The notes beneath the pieces are model-generated. The model made no database searches. It worked only from the letters and a program-made list of their open reading frames with translations, and was not told where the DNA came from. Shown here one piece after another: positions 33,045 to 43,430 of a DNA stretch of 64,000 nucleotides. The translations under genes were made by a program, and so were the position numbers. The DNA is from Cyanophyceae cyanobacterium (GTDB lineage: Bacteria; Cyanobacteriota; Cyanobacteriia; Cyanobacteriales; Laspinemataceae). Where the stretch lies: positions 160,001 through 224,000 of the forward strand of contig JBBQFN010000004.1 of NCBI GenBank assembly GCA_038321985.1, in the 5' to 3' direction. Positions within the stretch are counted from its first letter, which is position 1; every line of letters begins with the position of its first letter.

Positions 33045-33239
33045 AAAGTTAGAGAAGTTATTAAAATGTTAGAAAATGATGGGTGGTATTTAGCCAAAAT
33101 CAAGGGCAGTCATCGTTAATTTAAACACCCAGAAAAAGCTGGAACTGTTACAGTATCAGGTAATTTAGGGGTTGATATGCCAATTGGTACGCTAAAAAAT
33201 GTTTTGCGGCAAGCTCAACTAGAAGAGGAGGAAGAGTAA
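33042..33239 (+). pseudogene. hicA: HicA mRNase toxin with an internal TAA (33117-33119)
   Basis: MKVREVIKMLENDGWYLAKIKGSHR*FKHPEKAGTVTVSGNLGVDMPIGTLKNVLRQAQL; stop overlaps the hicB ATG (TAATG). Confidence 0.9.
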
Positions 33240-33445
33240 TGCGTTATGCGGTTGTAATTGAAAAAGGTGAAACTAGCTACGGCGCTTATGTTCCCGATTT
33301 ACCTGGATGTGTAGCTGTAGCTGAAAGTTTAGCAGAGGTAAGGAGTTTAATTAAAGAGGCGATCGCCTTTCATCTCGAAGGGTTACAAGAGGATGGTTTT
33401 ACTATTCCCAAACCTGTCTCTATTTGTGAATATGTTGAAGCATGA
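33239..33445 (+). CDS. hicB: HicB family antitoxin
   Basis: MRYAVVIEKGETSYGAYVPDLPGCVA...IKEAIAFHLEG. Confidence 0.92.
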   Translation: MRYAVVIEKGETSYGAYVPDLPGCVAVAESLAEVRSLIKEAIAFHLEGLQEDGFTIPKPVSICEYVEA

Positions 33446-33449
33446 TAAT

Positions 33450-33548
33450 TATGAGTTGCCAGAGGTCACAATGGAAAGGTAGCTGAAGTTCTAGCATATT
33501 ATAGCTAAGGAAGTAAGAGAGTTAAATGAATTACTTGAATCCGAATAA
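33450..33548 (+). pseudogene. Degenerate HsdM-like C-terminal fragment
   Basis: YELPEVTMER*LKF*HIIAKEVRELNELLESE*, resembling the YEPPEVIL.RL..LE..I...EL..LL tail of HsdM. Confidence 0.45.
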
Positions 33549-33635
33549 ATCTGACGATGCGTTTATTCTGAAACGAGAAGAGGCGGAAGCCTACCTGCAA
33601 CGGATTACTGATCCGCCAAAGTTGAGCCTGTTGAA

Positions 33636-33796
33636 GGTTTCAGACTTTCGGCAGCGATTTCTTGCGGAGAAAAGGGGGCGTTTGAGATTGCAGAGATGGA
33701 TTAGGGCGATCGCACCAGAGTACAGTAACCCTACTTTATCTGGATTTGGGCCATTCCTACCCATTGATATGTTTTCCTAAGAATTCGCCTAATGCT
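33636..33796. repeat. 161-bp direct repeat, copy 2 (dead purL 5' end with ATG lost, plus intact doc 3' end)
   Basis: Near-identical to 31571-31731; CAT->GAT removes the purL start codon. Confidence 0.95.
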
Positions 33797-34146
33797 TCTT
33801 TACTCATTTTGTCTTCCACCACATCTAAAACCATCTGGTATGTCGCATCCGGTGACAAGTTGAGGCGGTATCCGTTGATTCTGAGGAACGTCAACATTAC
33901 CGCTAAGGCAGTGCGCTTGTTGCCATCCACAAAGGGATGATTCTTTGCTAGATGGTAAAGATAGGCGGCGGCTTGTTCTGGTAAAGTGGGATGCAGAAAC
34001 TGTCCGCCAAAGGTAGCTTGAGGTTGAGCCAGTGCGGAGTCAAGTAACCCTTCGTCTCTAATCCCAGAAGTACCGCCAAATTTGTTGATTTGACGGTTGT
34101 GGATATCCTGAACTTCGGACATTTCAATAAATCTAGGAGTCTGCAA
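33757..34146 (-). CDS. doc: Doc (Fic-family) toxin
   Basis: HPFVDGNKRTA motif, GIRDEGLLDSAL. Confidence 0.92.
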   Translation of the reverse strand: MQTPRFIEMSEVQDIHNRQINKFGGTSGIRDEGLLDSALAQPQATFGGQFLHPTLPEQAAAYLYHLAKNHPFVDGNKRTALAVMLTFLRINGYRLNLSPDATYQMVLDVVEDKMSKEALGEFLGKHING

Positions 34147-34336
34147 GGCGACGGAAAACCTCCTCCCATTCTTGTTCGACGGCTAAATAAGCCTGCCAGA
34201 CTTCTTCTTTGGAGGCATAAGTAAATAAGGGTTGGTCTGGCGATCGCTTTATTTCAGTGGCGTGATGGCTTTCTGGGTTGGATTCAGTATAGCTATACTG
34301 ATCAACTGGGTTGATTTGTTTTGAGTTCGGTTCCAT
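34133..34336 (-). CDS. Probable antitoxin partner of Doc
   Basis: 67 aa, acidic, overlaps the doc start, C-terminal WEEVFRRLADS helix typical of Doc partners. Confidence 0.65.
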   Translation of the reverse strand: MEPNSKQINPVDQYSYTESNPESHHATEIKRSPDQPLFTYASKEEVWQAYLAVEQEWEEVFRRLADS

Positions 34337-34457
34337 TTTACTTCCTTCAAAACTACTATTTTTATAAATTCTACCCTATCTCAGTCTTCAAGAAGATATT
34401 TTATGACAATTTAAGCAAAAACTAGCAACGAGTTCAGTGGTAACACGAAACAAAGAT

Positions 34458-34511
34458 AACGACTGAAGTCATTACTACAAACTGAAGAAGATTAGCCCGC
34501 AGACGCGGGCT
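34458..34511. repeat. REP-like palindromes
   Basis: AACGACTGAAGTCATTACTAC and AGCCCGCAGACGCGGGCT. Confidence 0.5.
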
Positions 34512-34557
34512 TTAGTTCTGATATTTTCCACCCTTTAGAGTAAGGAATTTCTACACC

Positions 34558-35742
34558 TTAGCCACTTGAAGAAAAACGAATTTTCAGGTAGTCATCTTCC
34601 ATTTTTGCCCCCGAAGGTTGTAATGCTGCCAAGGCTTGCGGTAGCACTAAATTACGGCGATGGTTACCGATGGTAATATTCAATTCATCAGCGCTTTTAC
34701 TGAGTTGAACTTGGTCTTTGGGAATCCCGGGTAAATACAGTTCTAAACTGTATTCATTATCTTTTTGCACGACGCGAACGGTGGTTTCTTTATAGTAAAC
34801 CTGGCTCGGGTCTTCATCTTTCCCGTACAAGGTTTCTTTGAGGCGATCGAGGGCTTCTAAACCGCACATTTCCTCAGAATAAAGAGGAACCTCTTTCACC
34901 GGCAGGGGATGGAAATTTTCGTGGATTTCATCTCTGTACTGCTTTTGACTTTCTTTCCACCGTTGGAAGAAGGGGTCGGTGACACTTTCGGGAATAATTC
35001 GGTTGGCAACAATCAAATCGGTGGCTACATTATATAAACTCAAATAGGCATGAGCCCGTAAGGATTCTTTAATCACCATTTTCTCAGGATTGGTGACTAA
35101 GCGGACCGAGGTTTTAGTATTATCCGTTAATACTTTTTCCAATGCCTCAATTTGTTCATAAAACTCAAAAGGTGCGTCCATCACCTCTTTATCCGGGAGG
35201 GAAAAACCGGCGATCGGTCTGAAAATTGGTTCAACAAAAGGTCTAAGGGCGACGGATATGCCTTGGAAGGGTTTATAAAACCGTCTCATATACCAGCCCC
35301 CGACTTCGGGTAAGCTGAGTAAGCGCAGGGCGGTGCCAGTCGGTGCGGAGTCAATAATCAGGACATCATAGAAGCCTTCGTCATAATGCCGTTTCATCCG
35401 CACGAGGCCGAATATTTCATCCATGCCGGGTAAAATGGCGAGTTCTTCGGCTTGAATGCCATCCAGTCCCCGGGCTTGCAAAACTTGGGTAATATAGCGT
35501 TTGACAGACCCCCAGTTGGCTTCTAATTCGATGAGTGCATCGAGTTCTGCACCCCAGAGGTTATCTCTAACTAGGCGAGGTTCGTGACCTAATTCCATGT
35601 CAAAGCTATCGGCCAAGGAATGAGCTGGATCGGTACTCAATACTAAGGTTTTATAGCCTAATTCGGCACATTGCAATCCGGTGGCAGCGGCAACGGATGT
35701 TTTACCCACGCCGCCTTTCCCGGTCATTAAAATTAATCGCAT
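34558..35742 (-). CDS. ArsA/GET3 (TRC40) family ATPase with C-terminal alpha-crystallin-like domain
   Basis: [23 protein letters not shown]-terminal [16 protein letters not shown]. Confidence 0.92.
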   Translation of the reverse strand: MRLILMTGKGGVGKTSVAAATGLQCAELGYKTLVLSTDPAHSLADSFDMELGHEPRLVRDNLWGAELDALIELEANWGSVKRYITQVLQARGLDGIQAEELAILPGMDEIFGLVRMKRHYDEGFYDVLIIDSAPTGTALRLLSLPEVGGWYMRRFYKPFQGISVALRPFVEPIFRPIAGFSLPDKEVMDAPFEFYEQIEALEKVLTDNTKTSVRLVTNPEKMVIKESLRAHAYLSLYNVATDLIVANRIIPESVTDPFFQRWKESQKQYRDEIHENFHPLPVKEVPLYSEEMCGLEALDRLKETLYGKDEDPSQVYYKETTVRVVQKDNEYSLELYLPGIPKDQVQLSKSADELNITIGNHRRNLVLPQALAALQPSGAKMEDDYLKIRFSSSG

Positions 35743-35785
35743 GGATCTTTTACCCCTGCCTGAGAATTGTTAACATACCTTTACT

Positions 35786-36184
35786 TTAGCGGTTTTTTCC
35801 CGGAACCTGTGGCTGGAAGTGTTGTTTGAGGACGTCGAGGCGGGAGATATCCCAGTAATCGATGTGGGAGATAATTTTTCCCTCGGGGTTGAGTTGTAAT
35901 TCACTCCGTCCGGAGATGGCAATGGGAGGTTTCCAGGGTAGGGGTGTGATCCAATGCAGGGTCCAGCGGGTTTCGATGGTGTCGTGGATGCGGCGAATGT
36001 CGTGTAAGTCCATTTTGATTTGTTTAAACCAGGTGGACATGAAGCCAATCATCTGTCGGTAGCGATCGCAGCCCCGAAATTCGGTCATCGGGTCTTTGAA
36101 ATAGACCTCTTCGGCATACAGGCTATAAGTCTGGTTTTGGGGAAATTGTTGATAGTCTTGTGTGAGAATTTCAATAATGTCCAT
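35786..36184 (-). CDS. DUF2358 / SnoaL-like (NTF2 fold) protein
   Basis: YAEEVYFKDPM..FRG, I..HIDYWD. Confidence 0.8.
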   Translation of the reverse strand: MDIIEILTQDYQQFPQNQTYSLYAEEVYFKDPMTEFRGCDRYRQMIGFMSTWFKQIKMDLHDIRRIHDTIETRWTLHWITPLPWKPPIAISGRSELQLNPEGKIISHIDYWDISRLDVLKQHFQPQVPGKNR

Positions 36185-36223
36185 AAAGCAAGCTCATTTA
36201 GGTAACTTTTAAGGAAAATAATA

Positions 36224-36247
36224 AACCCCCAGCAATTGCTAGGGGTT
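36224..36247 (-). terminator. Hairpin downstream of the DUF4912 gene
   Basis: AACCCC(C)AGCAATTGCTAGGGGTT. Confidence 0.5.
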
Positions 36248-36310
36248 CTTTTAAAAGGTTATTCAAATGAAGGGTTTAAAAAGTATTTTCACCCCTTCAA
36301 GTTTCAACCT

Positions 36311-37567
36311 TTATGCAAACCATTCTTCGACGGCTTCTTCCTTGGTGTTGGTCCGACGCGCAGGGGTAACCCGATTGAAGTTCATGTGGATCTCGCGGCT
36401 TTGTTCACCGTCGGAAGCCACTGCTACGATCGGGTAATCGATGATCCCATCTTGGAAGGACATCTGGAAGCGGAAGGTACCATCAGCATTGAGTTTGATA
36501 GGACGTCCACCGATGGTGACGGTGGCATCAGGTTCGGTGGCACCGTAGACGATTAATTCGGCGTCGGCAACCAGCCAGAACTTACGAGGACGGTTCGGAG
36601 GTGCGGAGGCGGCAAAGCCTGCACCGGACATGGTTAAGCCAACACCGGACATATTCATGCCGATACCAGAGGCGTTAGGAACGGCCCACATTCCGACACC
36701 GGAGGGGAAGACGTAGGAACTGAGGGATTCCGAGGGGGCCATCGAACCCGGAATGTGCTGCATGGACCCGAAGAGGGAACCGGCAACGCGCTGGGATTCG
36801 ACTGTTTGGGTCATACCAAAGATTTCGTCGTAGATGGCGTTAGGACTACTGCCAATACTCAGCGGGGCTTTCTTACTGGGGGGAACCAGTTGCATAAAGG
36901 TTTTGCCGCGTAAGTCTTCTTCCCATTCGATGGTGAGGAAGTGGTCTTCAATCCAGTCGGAGGGATAAACCGGGGGAATGTGGACGAGGGCAGAACGGGA
37001 GAGGACTAACCAGCGGCCATCAGCGCAGCGGTAGCCGATGTCTACAACGTAATCGCGATCGCTCACGGGGATCGGTAAGTACCATTCCCGCGCCAGTTCG
37101 TCACAAGGATATTCCTGAATGCTGTGGGGGCTTTGGTTTTCGATATTGATGTCAGTGACATCGTATAGGCGCAGGGCTAACTGTTGGCCGCCTTGACGCC
37201 GCATTTCTTCTTTACTGGTATTGGAAATATCCCAGTAGCTATACGCCCATTGGGGGTCTCGCGGTAACAGCATGATCCGGCTTTCACCGTAACCACCAGG
37301 CAGATCGCCGAGTCCTTCATCGACGGAGGCGAGAGTTCCACCTGTGCGATCTTCTTGACCCAGTTCAAATTTTGCTGCTTCCACTTCTTCCTGTGCCTCC
37401 AATGTACGAGTTTGTTCTACGGAAATCTTGGTGCGTTGTTTTTCTTGAATCGATGCCAGAAGTTGAGATTTCCTCATCCGGCTATAGCGAGAGATTCCAC
37501 ATTCACTGGCAACTCGGCGGAGTTGTCGTAGGGTCATCTCTTCTAAAGGGGGTCTTTCTTTTGCCAC
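36311..37567 (-). CDS. DUF4912 domain protein with N-terminal Rho_N-like domain
   Basis: LEEMTLRQLR..ASE.GISRYSRMRK; LLPRDPQWAYSYW; FWLVADAELIVYGATEPDA; GTG start. Confidence 0.88.
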   Translation of the reverse strand: MAKERPPLEEMTLRQLRRVASECGISRYSRMRKSQLLASIQEKQRTKISVEQTRTLEAQEEVEAAKFELGQEDRTGGTLASVDEGLGDLPGGYGESRIMLLPRDPQWAYSYWDISNTSKEEMRRQGGQQLALRLYDVTDINIENQSPHSIQEYPCDELAREWYLPIPVSDRDYVVDIGYRCADGRWLVLSRSALVHIPPVYPSDWIEDHFLTIEWEEDLRGKTFMQLVPPSKKAPLSIGSSPNAIYDEIFGMTQTVESQRVAGSLFGSMQHIPGSMAPSESLSSYVFPSGVGMWAVPNASGIGMNMSGVGLTMSGAGFAASAPPNRPRKFWLVADAELIVYGATEPDATVTIGGRPIKLNADGTFRFQMSFQDGIIDYPIVAVASDGEQSREIHMNFNRVTPARRTNTKEEAVEEWFA

Positions 37568-38447
37568 TGTTCTATTGGCCTCCTATTTCGGCTATACGGC
37601 AGGTGGGTTGCTTCCGAACTCAAAACTCTCGTTATGTTTGAATCGGTTCGAGGGGTCAGTTCGGAATTTGGGGTAGCCTTGCCTGTAATGGGCGATCGCG
37701 ATCCTCCTTCCCTATAAGTTTTTATGGGGGGACGAATCCCTAGTTAATTGAGTGTATGGAGTTTGCACCCCAGGAGAATAAAACTGTTGCCTTACGGTTA
37801 CCCAGTTCATAAAAATTAGCTGCGGCTTGATCGCCGATCGCACTCTTAGTTGTCCACACCAATCAGGTCATGTTAGACCTTCTTTAAAGTTAGATATTCT
37901 CTATTCTTCTCTTTCGTAAATCTTGCCCAGGGGTCCTGACTTAGGATTCACTTAGAGTTCCATAAAGAGTCCATCTCCCTTGAGGATTCTTTACCTTAAA
38001 TGCGACCAACCAATGTTTCCTTATTTTTGAGTGTCATCCACCGGAATGGTGTTGACTCTCGATTGGGTCCCTTGGCTGTTAACTACAGCTTTTTTTTGGG
38101 ATCGTGGGGGATCGCTTCGTTATGTCTATGTTGCATAAAAGATTCGATAGGGTCAAGGGGGTTTACCAGCCGATTCTCCACTGATCTAAGGATTTATACG
38201 GATTTATAAGCCCTTCGGGGATCGTAATGTCATGAAATCTTGATATAAGCCGGAGATTGGGGATCGTCACTGAGGGACTCTATGTCAGGAGTTGATGACA
38301 ATCAGGGAGCGATCGCCCTCAACCCTGATAGAGCAGGGGTCGGGGAGATGCGGCAGATGGCTTCACCCCGGTCATGAGGAATCCACAGACCCAAAAATAA
38401 CCGACGGGGGCCACCCCCATCGGCTTAAATCCGGACTCAATTCGGGT

Positions 38448-40748
38448 CTAGGGTAGAATTACCCAGTCCCGAATGCGCCACTGACCCGCTTCGCGAACCA
38501 ACTGATACTGAACCCGTAAATTATCATCGCGAGTGTTAGAAAGTTGTCCATTCTCAAATAACCGCGCCGTTTCGCTCACCTGGGCTTCTACGGTGGCACG
38601 GTCCGGGTCGGTGGGACTCATTTCAAACCCAGTTTCTTGAATATTGTGTTCGTACTCCCAATACCAACTTTCCCGACGGGCGGCCTCGGCGCGACGTTGC
38701 CACAGAGAGAGGGCCGGATCCATCAAAATCTCTGGTAACCTTTCCACCTGATGAGTGGTACCGAGGGCCTCGGATTTGATAGTAAACCATTTCTGAAGAA
38801 CACTTTGAGCGATCGCCTGATTCATCGGTCCAGTGGTCGCGAGTTCTTCCGGACTCGGTTGAGTGGCGATCGGGATAGCCGGTTGGTCAAGCTGGATACT
38901 CAACTGTTCCCCCCGTAGAGAGGGCCCTCTTTGAAATAACCCGGCTATCCATCCGATCGCATTAAACAACAACCAGAGGAGTAAAAGCCCCAGTAGCCCG
39001 CCGACGCCCAATAAAATCAGACGTTCTAGCTTGGGGTTTTTTCCCTTAGTCCCACTACGTCCCACACCACTGCGACGGGATGGCGGAGTTTCTATAGGCT
39101 CCAATCCCCGGATTCGGGCGGCGATTGGAAGTTTACTGCGATCGTCCCGTTTGCCATTCCCGGACCCACTCCGGTCTTCACTCATCCCCCCACGGCCTCG
39201 ATCGCGGATTCTCCCTTGACCGGCAGTATTTGCATCGGAACTGGTCCGAATTGCCGTGGGAAGCGTTGCTAAGGACAGCGCAGAGGAAGACAAGCTGGGA
39301 TTTTTGCCTGGACCCCCATTTGTAGACCCATTACTATCTAATCTCAAGGTCGTTGTGAAGGAGGTATCCCGCCTGGGGGCTGGTTGCGGCAGCCCGATTG
39401 TCACGGGGTTGGGTGGCGGTGGCACCACCATCCATTCATTCACTTCATCCGCGGTAGTCTCGGGGAGTGCCTCTAAATAAGCCTGCACCTGTTCATCGGC
39501 AAAATAATCTTTAAGCGATGCCTGTGCCGATGCTAAATCCCGGAAGTGGGGAAATACCTCCGATTGCAGCCAGCGTTCAGCGTACAAACACAATCCCGGC
39601 AGTAAATCCGGCGAATTTAGGGAATTTTCCCGAATAAAGGTGAGGGTTTCTTGTTCCTGGGTCAGTTCTAGAGAGTGAGCAGCCTCCTCGGTCTGTCCCA
39701 GCAGTAGAGAACAAACTGATTGCTCTAAATGGACATCCTGACGTCGCCCTAAATGAGTCAACAGCATTTGAGCGCGACGGATGAGGGCCGGTTGTCGGGC
39801 TGCAAACCCTCGCGCGACTAAGGCATAAACCGCGAGGTAGGTAGCAACAGCGGAGGGCCGACGGGCTTCAGCTTCAAATAATTCCTGTTGTTCAGCGGCG
39901 GTGAGATGGCCTCTGAGTTGCTGAATGAACCGTAAAAAATCATCCACGGATAACCCTGAGCGATCGTCCCCGGTGCCATCAATCCCGCCCCTTTCCTGCA
40001 ACATATCCTGCAAGAGTTGCAACCCCCGCTGACGCTCTTTACCTCGGGATTCCGGCAGGGCCAATAATTCTAAAATGCGGTACGGTCGGAGTTTGTAAAG
40101 GTCCGCTTGCATTTCCCCACGCACGGCAGGAAATAGCCCTTCGCGCAAGAGCATTTCCTGTCCGTTCTCTAGGGAGAGGGCGGCATTTTCATATTTACCC
40201 CCTTGCCATTGTTCTCGACCCAGTTCTAAACAGGCTAGGGCTAAGGTGAGGATAATATCTGCACCAACCAGTTTGGGGTCGCCAAACCGGCCATTTTTTA
40301 AACTAATATTGCTGCCGCTTAAGATGGGCAGCCCTAGTTTTAAAACCAGTTCATATTCTCCAAGTTCTTGGAGAATCAGCAAAGACCCGATGAATCCTTC
40401 CGAGGGGACCTCGATGCTAGGAGTATGGGGATCGAGATAGGAGTCCGTTGACTCTAGGCCCCCTCTTCCCTTTAAGGAGTCGGCTGGGGCTGACTCTAGT
40501 TCATACGCTTTAGCAAGGAAGCTAGCGTCATATTTTTGACGCTCCTCGGGATCGCTCAGAACGGAGTAAGCTTCATCAATGAGTTGTTTGCGAGCATTGG
40601 TGGCGACTTCAGAATATTCCCGCCTTGGGAGTTGCTCTTTGCGATCGCGATGGGCCTGCTTAAGCTGTTCAGCATAGCCAGGGGTTTCGACCCCAGGTAC
40701 CTGAATTGGCAGGCCGAGAATCCGGTAATAATCGAGTGGCACTAGCAC
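38448..40748 (-). CDS. ftn2: Cell division protein Ftn2/ZipN (ARC6 homologue)
   Basis: N-terminal J-like PLDYYRILG, DLLPGLCLYAERWL..EVFPHFRD, TM segment, C-terminal IMS/DUF4101; divergent from pdhA. Confidence 0.92.
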   Translation of the reverse strand: MLVPLDYYRILGLPIQVPGVETPGYAEQLKQAHRDRKEQLPRREYSEVATNARKQLIDEAYSVLSDPEERQKYDASFLAKAYELESAPADSLKGRGGLESTDSYLDPHTPSIEVPSEGFIGSLLILQELGEYELVLKLGLPILSGSNISLKNGRFGDPKLVGADIILTLALACLELGREQWQGGKYENAALSLENGQEMLLREGLFPAVRGEMQADLYKLRPYRILELLALPESRGKERQRGLQLLQDMLQERGGIDGTGDDRSGLSVDDFLRFIQQLRGHLTAAEQQELFEAEARRPSAVATYLAVYALVARGFAARQPALIRRAQMLLTHLGRRQDVHLEQSVCSLLLGQTEEAAHSLELTQEQETLTFIRENSLNSPDLLPGLCLYAERWLQSEVFPHFRDLASAQASLKDYFADEQVQAYLEALPETTADEVNEWMVVPPPPNPVTIGLPQPAPRRDTSFTTTLRLDSNGSTNGGPGKNPSLSSSALSLATLPTAIRTSSDANTAGQGRIRDRGRGGMSEDRSGSGNGKRDDRSKLPIAARIRGLEPIETPPSRRSGVGRSGTKGKNPKLERLILLGVGGLLGLLLLWLLFNAIGWIAGLFQRGPSLRGEQLSIQLDQPAIPIATQPSPEELATTGPMNQAIAQSVLQKWFTIKSEALGTTHQVERLPEILMDPALSLWQRRAEAARRESWYWEYEHNIQETGFEMSPTDPDRATVEAQVSETARLFENGQLSNTRDDNLRVQYQLVREAGQWRIRDWVILP

Positions 40749-41293
40749 AATCTACTTCCCCTGCTTGATGAGCAACCAGACAAACCAATAGCAGCAAATA
40801 TAAACGACTAAAAGAGTCCGATAATTATAGCCTTTAGTTTCTATGATAAAAGCTTAGGCGGTTATCTTGTCCGGAGAATTGCGGCGTACTCCAAGATTGA
40901 GCTAGGGTCGTCCCCAGGCTGAGAGGGTTTTAGCGGCTTGCCCGGTGGTTGCTTCTATTTAACAAGGTGTGGCGAGCTTCGTCAAGGACCCCCATCGGGT
41001 GAGGGTTTTGCCGCAGCACTCATCGTGATCCTTAGAAGCGATCAACCCGTTGTGGTATGATGTTTGGCCTAGTGGCGATGCTGGTGGATTAATCCCTACG
41101 AGGGATGGAACAAGTCAAGATTGAAATAAATTTAAGTTGCGACAACCGGCGGGGTTCCCCAGCAAAGGGAGTGGTTTTCCAGGTTTCCTAACAAAAAAAC
41201 TGGGTTTCTTATGTTTAAGGGGTTAAACCCACGCAATTCGCTTTTCTTCCGAGGTTTAAAGACCCTCGGGTTCCAAGCTACCAGGAGACTGTG

Positions 41294-42325
41294 ATGATTC
41301 AGGAACGGACTTTACCAACATTTGACGTAAGCACCGTACAGCTGTCGAAAGAAGACGGTTTGATGTTGTACGAAGATATGGTTTTAGGGCGCTTCTTTGA
41401 GGACAAGTGCGCCGAGATGTACTACCGAGGCAAAATGTTTGGTTTTGTCCACCTCTACAATGGGCAAGAGGCTGTCTCTACCGGGGTAATCCGGGCGATG
41501 AGACGGGATTGGGATTACGTTGCCAGCACTTATCGGGATCACGTTCATGCGTTAAGTGCTGGGGTTCCCGCAAGAGAGGTGATGGCCGAGTTATTTGGCA
41601 AGGCAACCGGATGCAGCAAGGGACGGGGTGGTTCCATGCACTTGTTCTCTGGGGAACATCATTTGCTAGGCGGTTTTGCATTTGTGGCGGAAGGCATTCC
41701 GGTTGCGACAGGGGCGGCATTTCAAAGCAAGTATCGTCGGGAAGCAATGGGGGATGCGGCTTCCGATAGCGTGTCCGCTTGTTTCTTTGGCGATGGGGCC
41801 TGCAATAATGGACAGTTTTATGAGTGTTTGAATATGGCGGCACTCTGGAAACTGCCGATTCTTTATGTGGTAGAAAATAATAAATGGGCGATCGGGATGG
41901 CTCACGAACGGGCTACTTCTGAACCGGAAATCTACAAGAAGGCTGCGGCTTTTGGGATGGTCGGGGTAGAGGTGGATGGAATGGACGTTCTGGCGGTTCG
42001 GACTGCGGCACTAGAGGCTGTGGAACGCGCCCGGGCTGGAGAAGGTCCTACTCTGATTGAAGCCATGACTTATCGGTTCCGGGGTCACTCTCTGGCGGAT
42101 CCCGATGAACTCCGCAGCAAGGAAGAAAAGGAATTTTGGCTATCTCGGGACCCAATTAAGCAATTGAGTGCCTATCTCACTGAGAAAAATCTGGCGACAG
42201 CGGAGGAACTCAAGGAAATTGAGAATAAAATTCAAGCGGTTGTGGATGAGTCGGTGCAGTTTGCGGAGAATAGTCCCGAACCCGACCCTTCGGAGTTATA
42301 TCGCTATGTGTTTGCGGAAGATTAG
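41294..42325 (+). CDS. pdhA: Pyruvate dehydrogenase E1 alpha subunit
   Basis: [27 protein letters not shown] motif, [11 protein letters not shown]. Confidence 0.97.
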   Translation: MIQERTLPTFDVSTVQLSKEDGLMLYEDMVLGRFFEDKCAEMYYRGKMFGFVHLYNGQEAVSTGVIRAMRRDWDYVASTYRDHVHALSAGVPAREVMAELFGKATGCSKGRGGSMHLFSGEHHLLGGFAFVAEGIPVATGAAFQSKYRREAMGDAASDSVSACFFGDGACNNGQFYECLNMAALWKLPILYVVENNKWAIGMAHERATSEPEIYKKAAAFGMVGVEVDGMDVLAVRTAALEAVERARAGEGPTLIEAMTYRFRGHSLADPDELRSKEEKEFWLSRDPIKQLSAYLTEKNLATAEELKEIENKIQAVVDESVQFAENSPEPDPSELYRYVFAED

Positions 42326-42372
42326 AAAGTAGTCAGAGGGTTTCAGCCATTCTCACAGGGGATGGATACCCG

Positions 42373-42403
42373 AATGGGGGCGCGAGAATGCGCCCCATTT
42401 TTT
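42373..42403 (+). terminator. Intrinsic terminator after pdhA
   Basis: AATGGGGGCGCG-AGAA-TGCGCCCCATT followed by a T run. Confidence 0.7.
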
Positions 42404-42498
42404 GGGTCCGCCGCTGAGGGCGATCGCCGTTTAGAAAATCCGACGCTATCCGATTTTCAGACCCTTTAAAGGCGAGGGGGGTTATTAAGTTAAGAAAA

Positions 42499-42855
42499 TT
42501 ATTCGGTTTCTGTCAAATTTTCTAAAAAGGTTTGTGCTTTTTCTACTAAACCCGGTGCCGGATTTTCATCTCTGAATTCTGCGAGATTTTCTTCATACGC
42601 TTTCTCTTCAGTGTGGATATTTTTGGCATCTTTTACCGCTTCTTCGTAGGATTCTTCCCGACTCTCTAATTGGTTGTCGCGGTGGTTATTATCGATCTTA
42701 TATTCTTCTTTGACTAATCTCGAATCTAAACCCGTGGCTGCTACGCTGGGGTGAGCGAATGCAAAGGCACCGGAAAGACTCATGAAGGTAACTGCACACG
42801 CGATCGCCATCGCTTGCAGGCGGATTTGTTTTAAAGCGGATAAAATTCGTTGCAT
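42499..42855 (-). CDS. Small exported/lumenal hypothetical protein
   Basis: Signal-peptide-like N-terminus, acidic charged C-terminus. Confidence 0.65.
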   Translation of the reverse strand: MQRILSALKQIRLQAMAIACAVTFMSLSGAFAFAHPSVAATGLDSRLVKEEYKIDNNHRDNQLESREESYEEAVKDAKNIHTEEKAYEENLAEFRDENPAPGLVEKAQTFLENLTETE

Positions 42856-43430
42856 ATCTAATGACCTCTTGGTTCGGGTTAGTTGGAAAGGGGAAGTTGC
42901 TTATATTTAGCATCGTAGGATACGGTTGGATACTCTTACCTCTACCGAGAGATAGATTAAAGCCATACCTAGGTTAGGGGTTGGGAGGGTACGAACCGGG
43001 GCGATCGCTCTCGTTTTACCAGACAGGTATATTTTCTTAAATTATTCCCATATATAGTCGGTATAAATCTGGGGAATAATTATCAGGAAATAAGGGGAAT
43101 GATTTTTGTGGGAAGCGAGATGATGCCAGACTTTTTAGGAACCATTCAATTAAAAGTTTTTATCATAAAAACTCTCTATTTAAATGTAGGTAAATGTCAG
43201 TGCCTTGAAGGAAAAATTATTTTCTTGAAACTTTCTTTATTAAAACAATTCTATACTACGGGCAGGGATAAAAATGTTTTTATGGGTAGGATTAAAATAT
43301 TATTATTTTCTCTCTAAAACATTCCCCTAAATACTCGATGCTTATTTTTAATTTAACATCTTTGTAGGTTTAAGATTTTTATTTTAATTTAATAAATTTA
43401 TTGTTTTATAAACGGCTATTTTGTTGTAGT

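Noticed and set aside
33526..33780. 84-aa ORF
   Set aside because: Chimeric: its second half is the antisense reading of the duplicated purL 5' repeat
37570..38440. Possible SRP RNA, 6S RNA or Yfr sRNA in the long spacer downstream of ftn2
   Set aside because: No diagnostic motif (e.g. the SRP TCAGG..GGAAG..AGCAGC core) found on either strand
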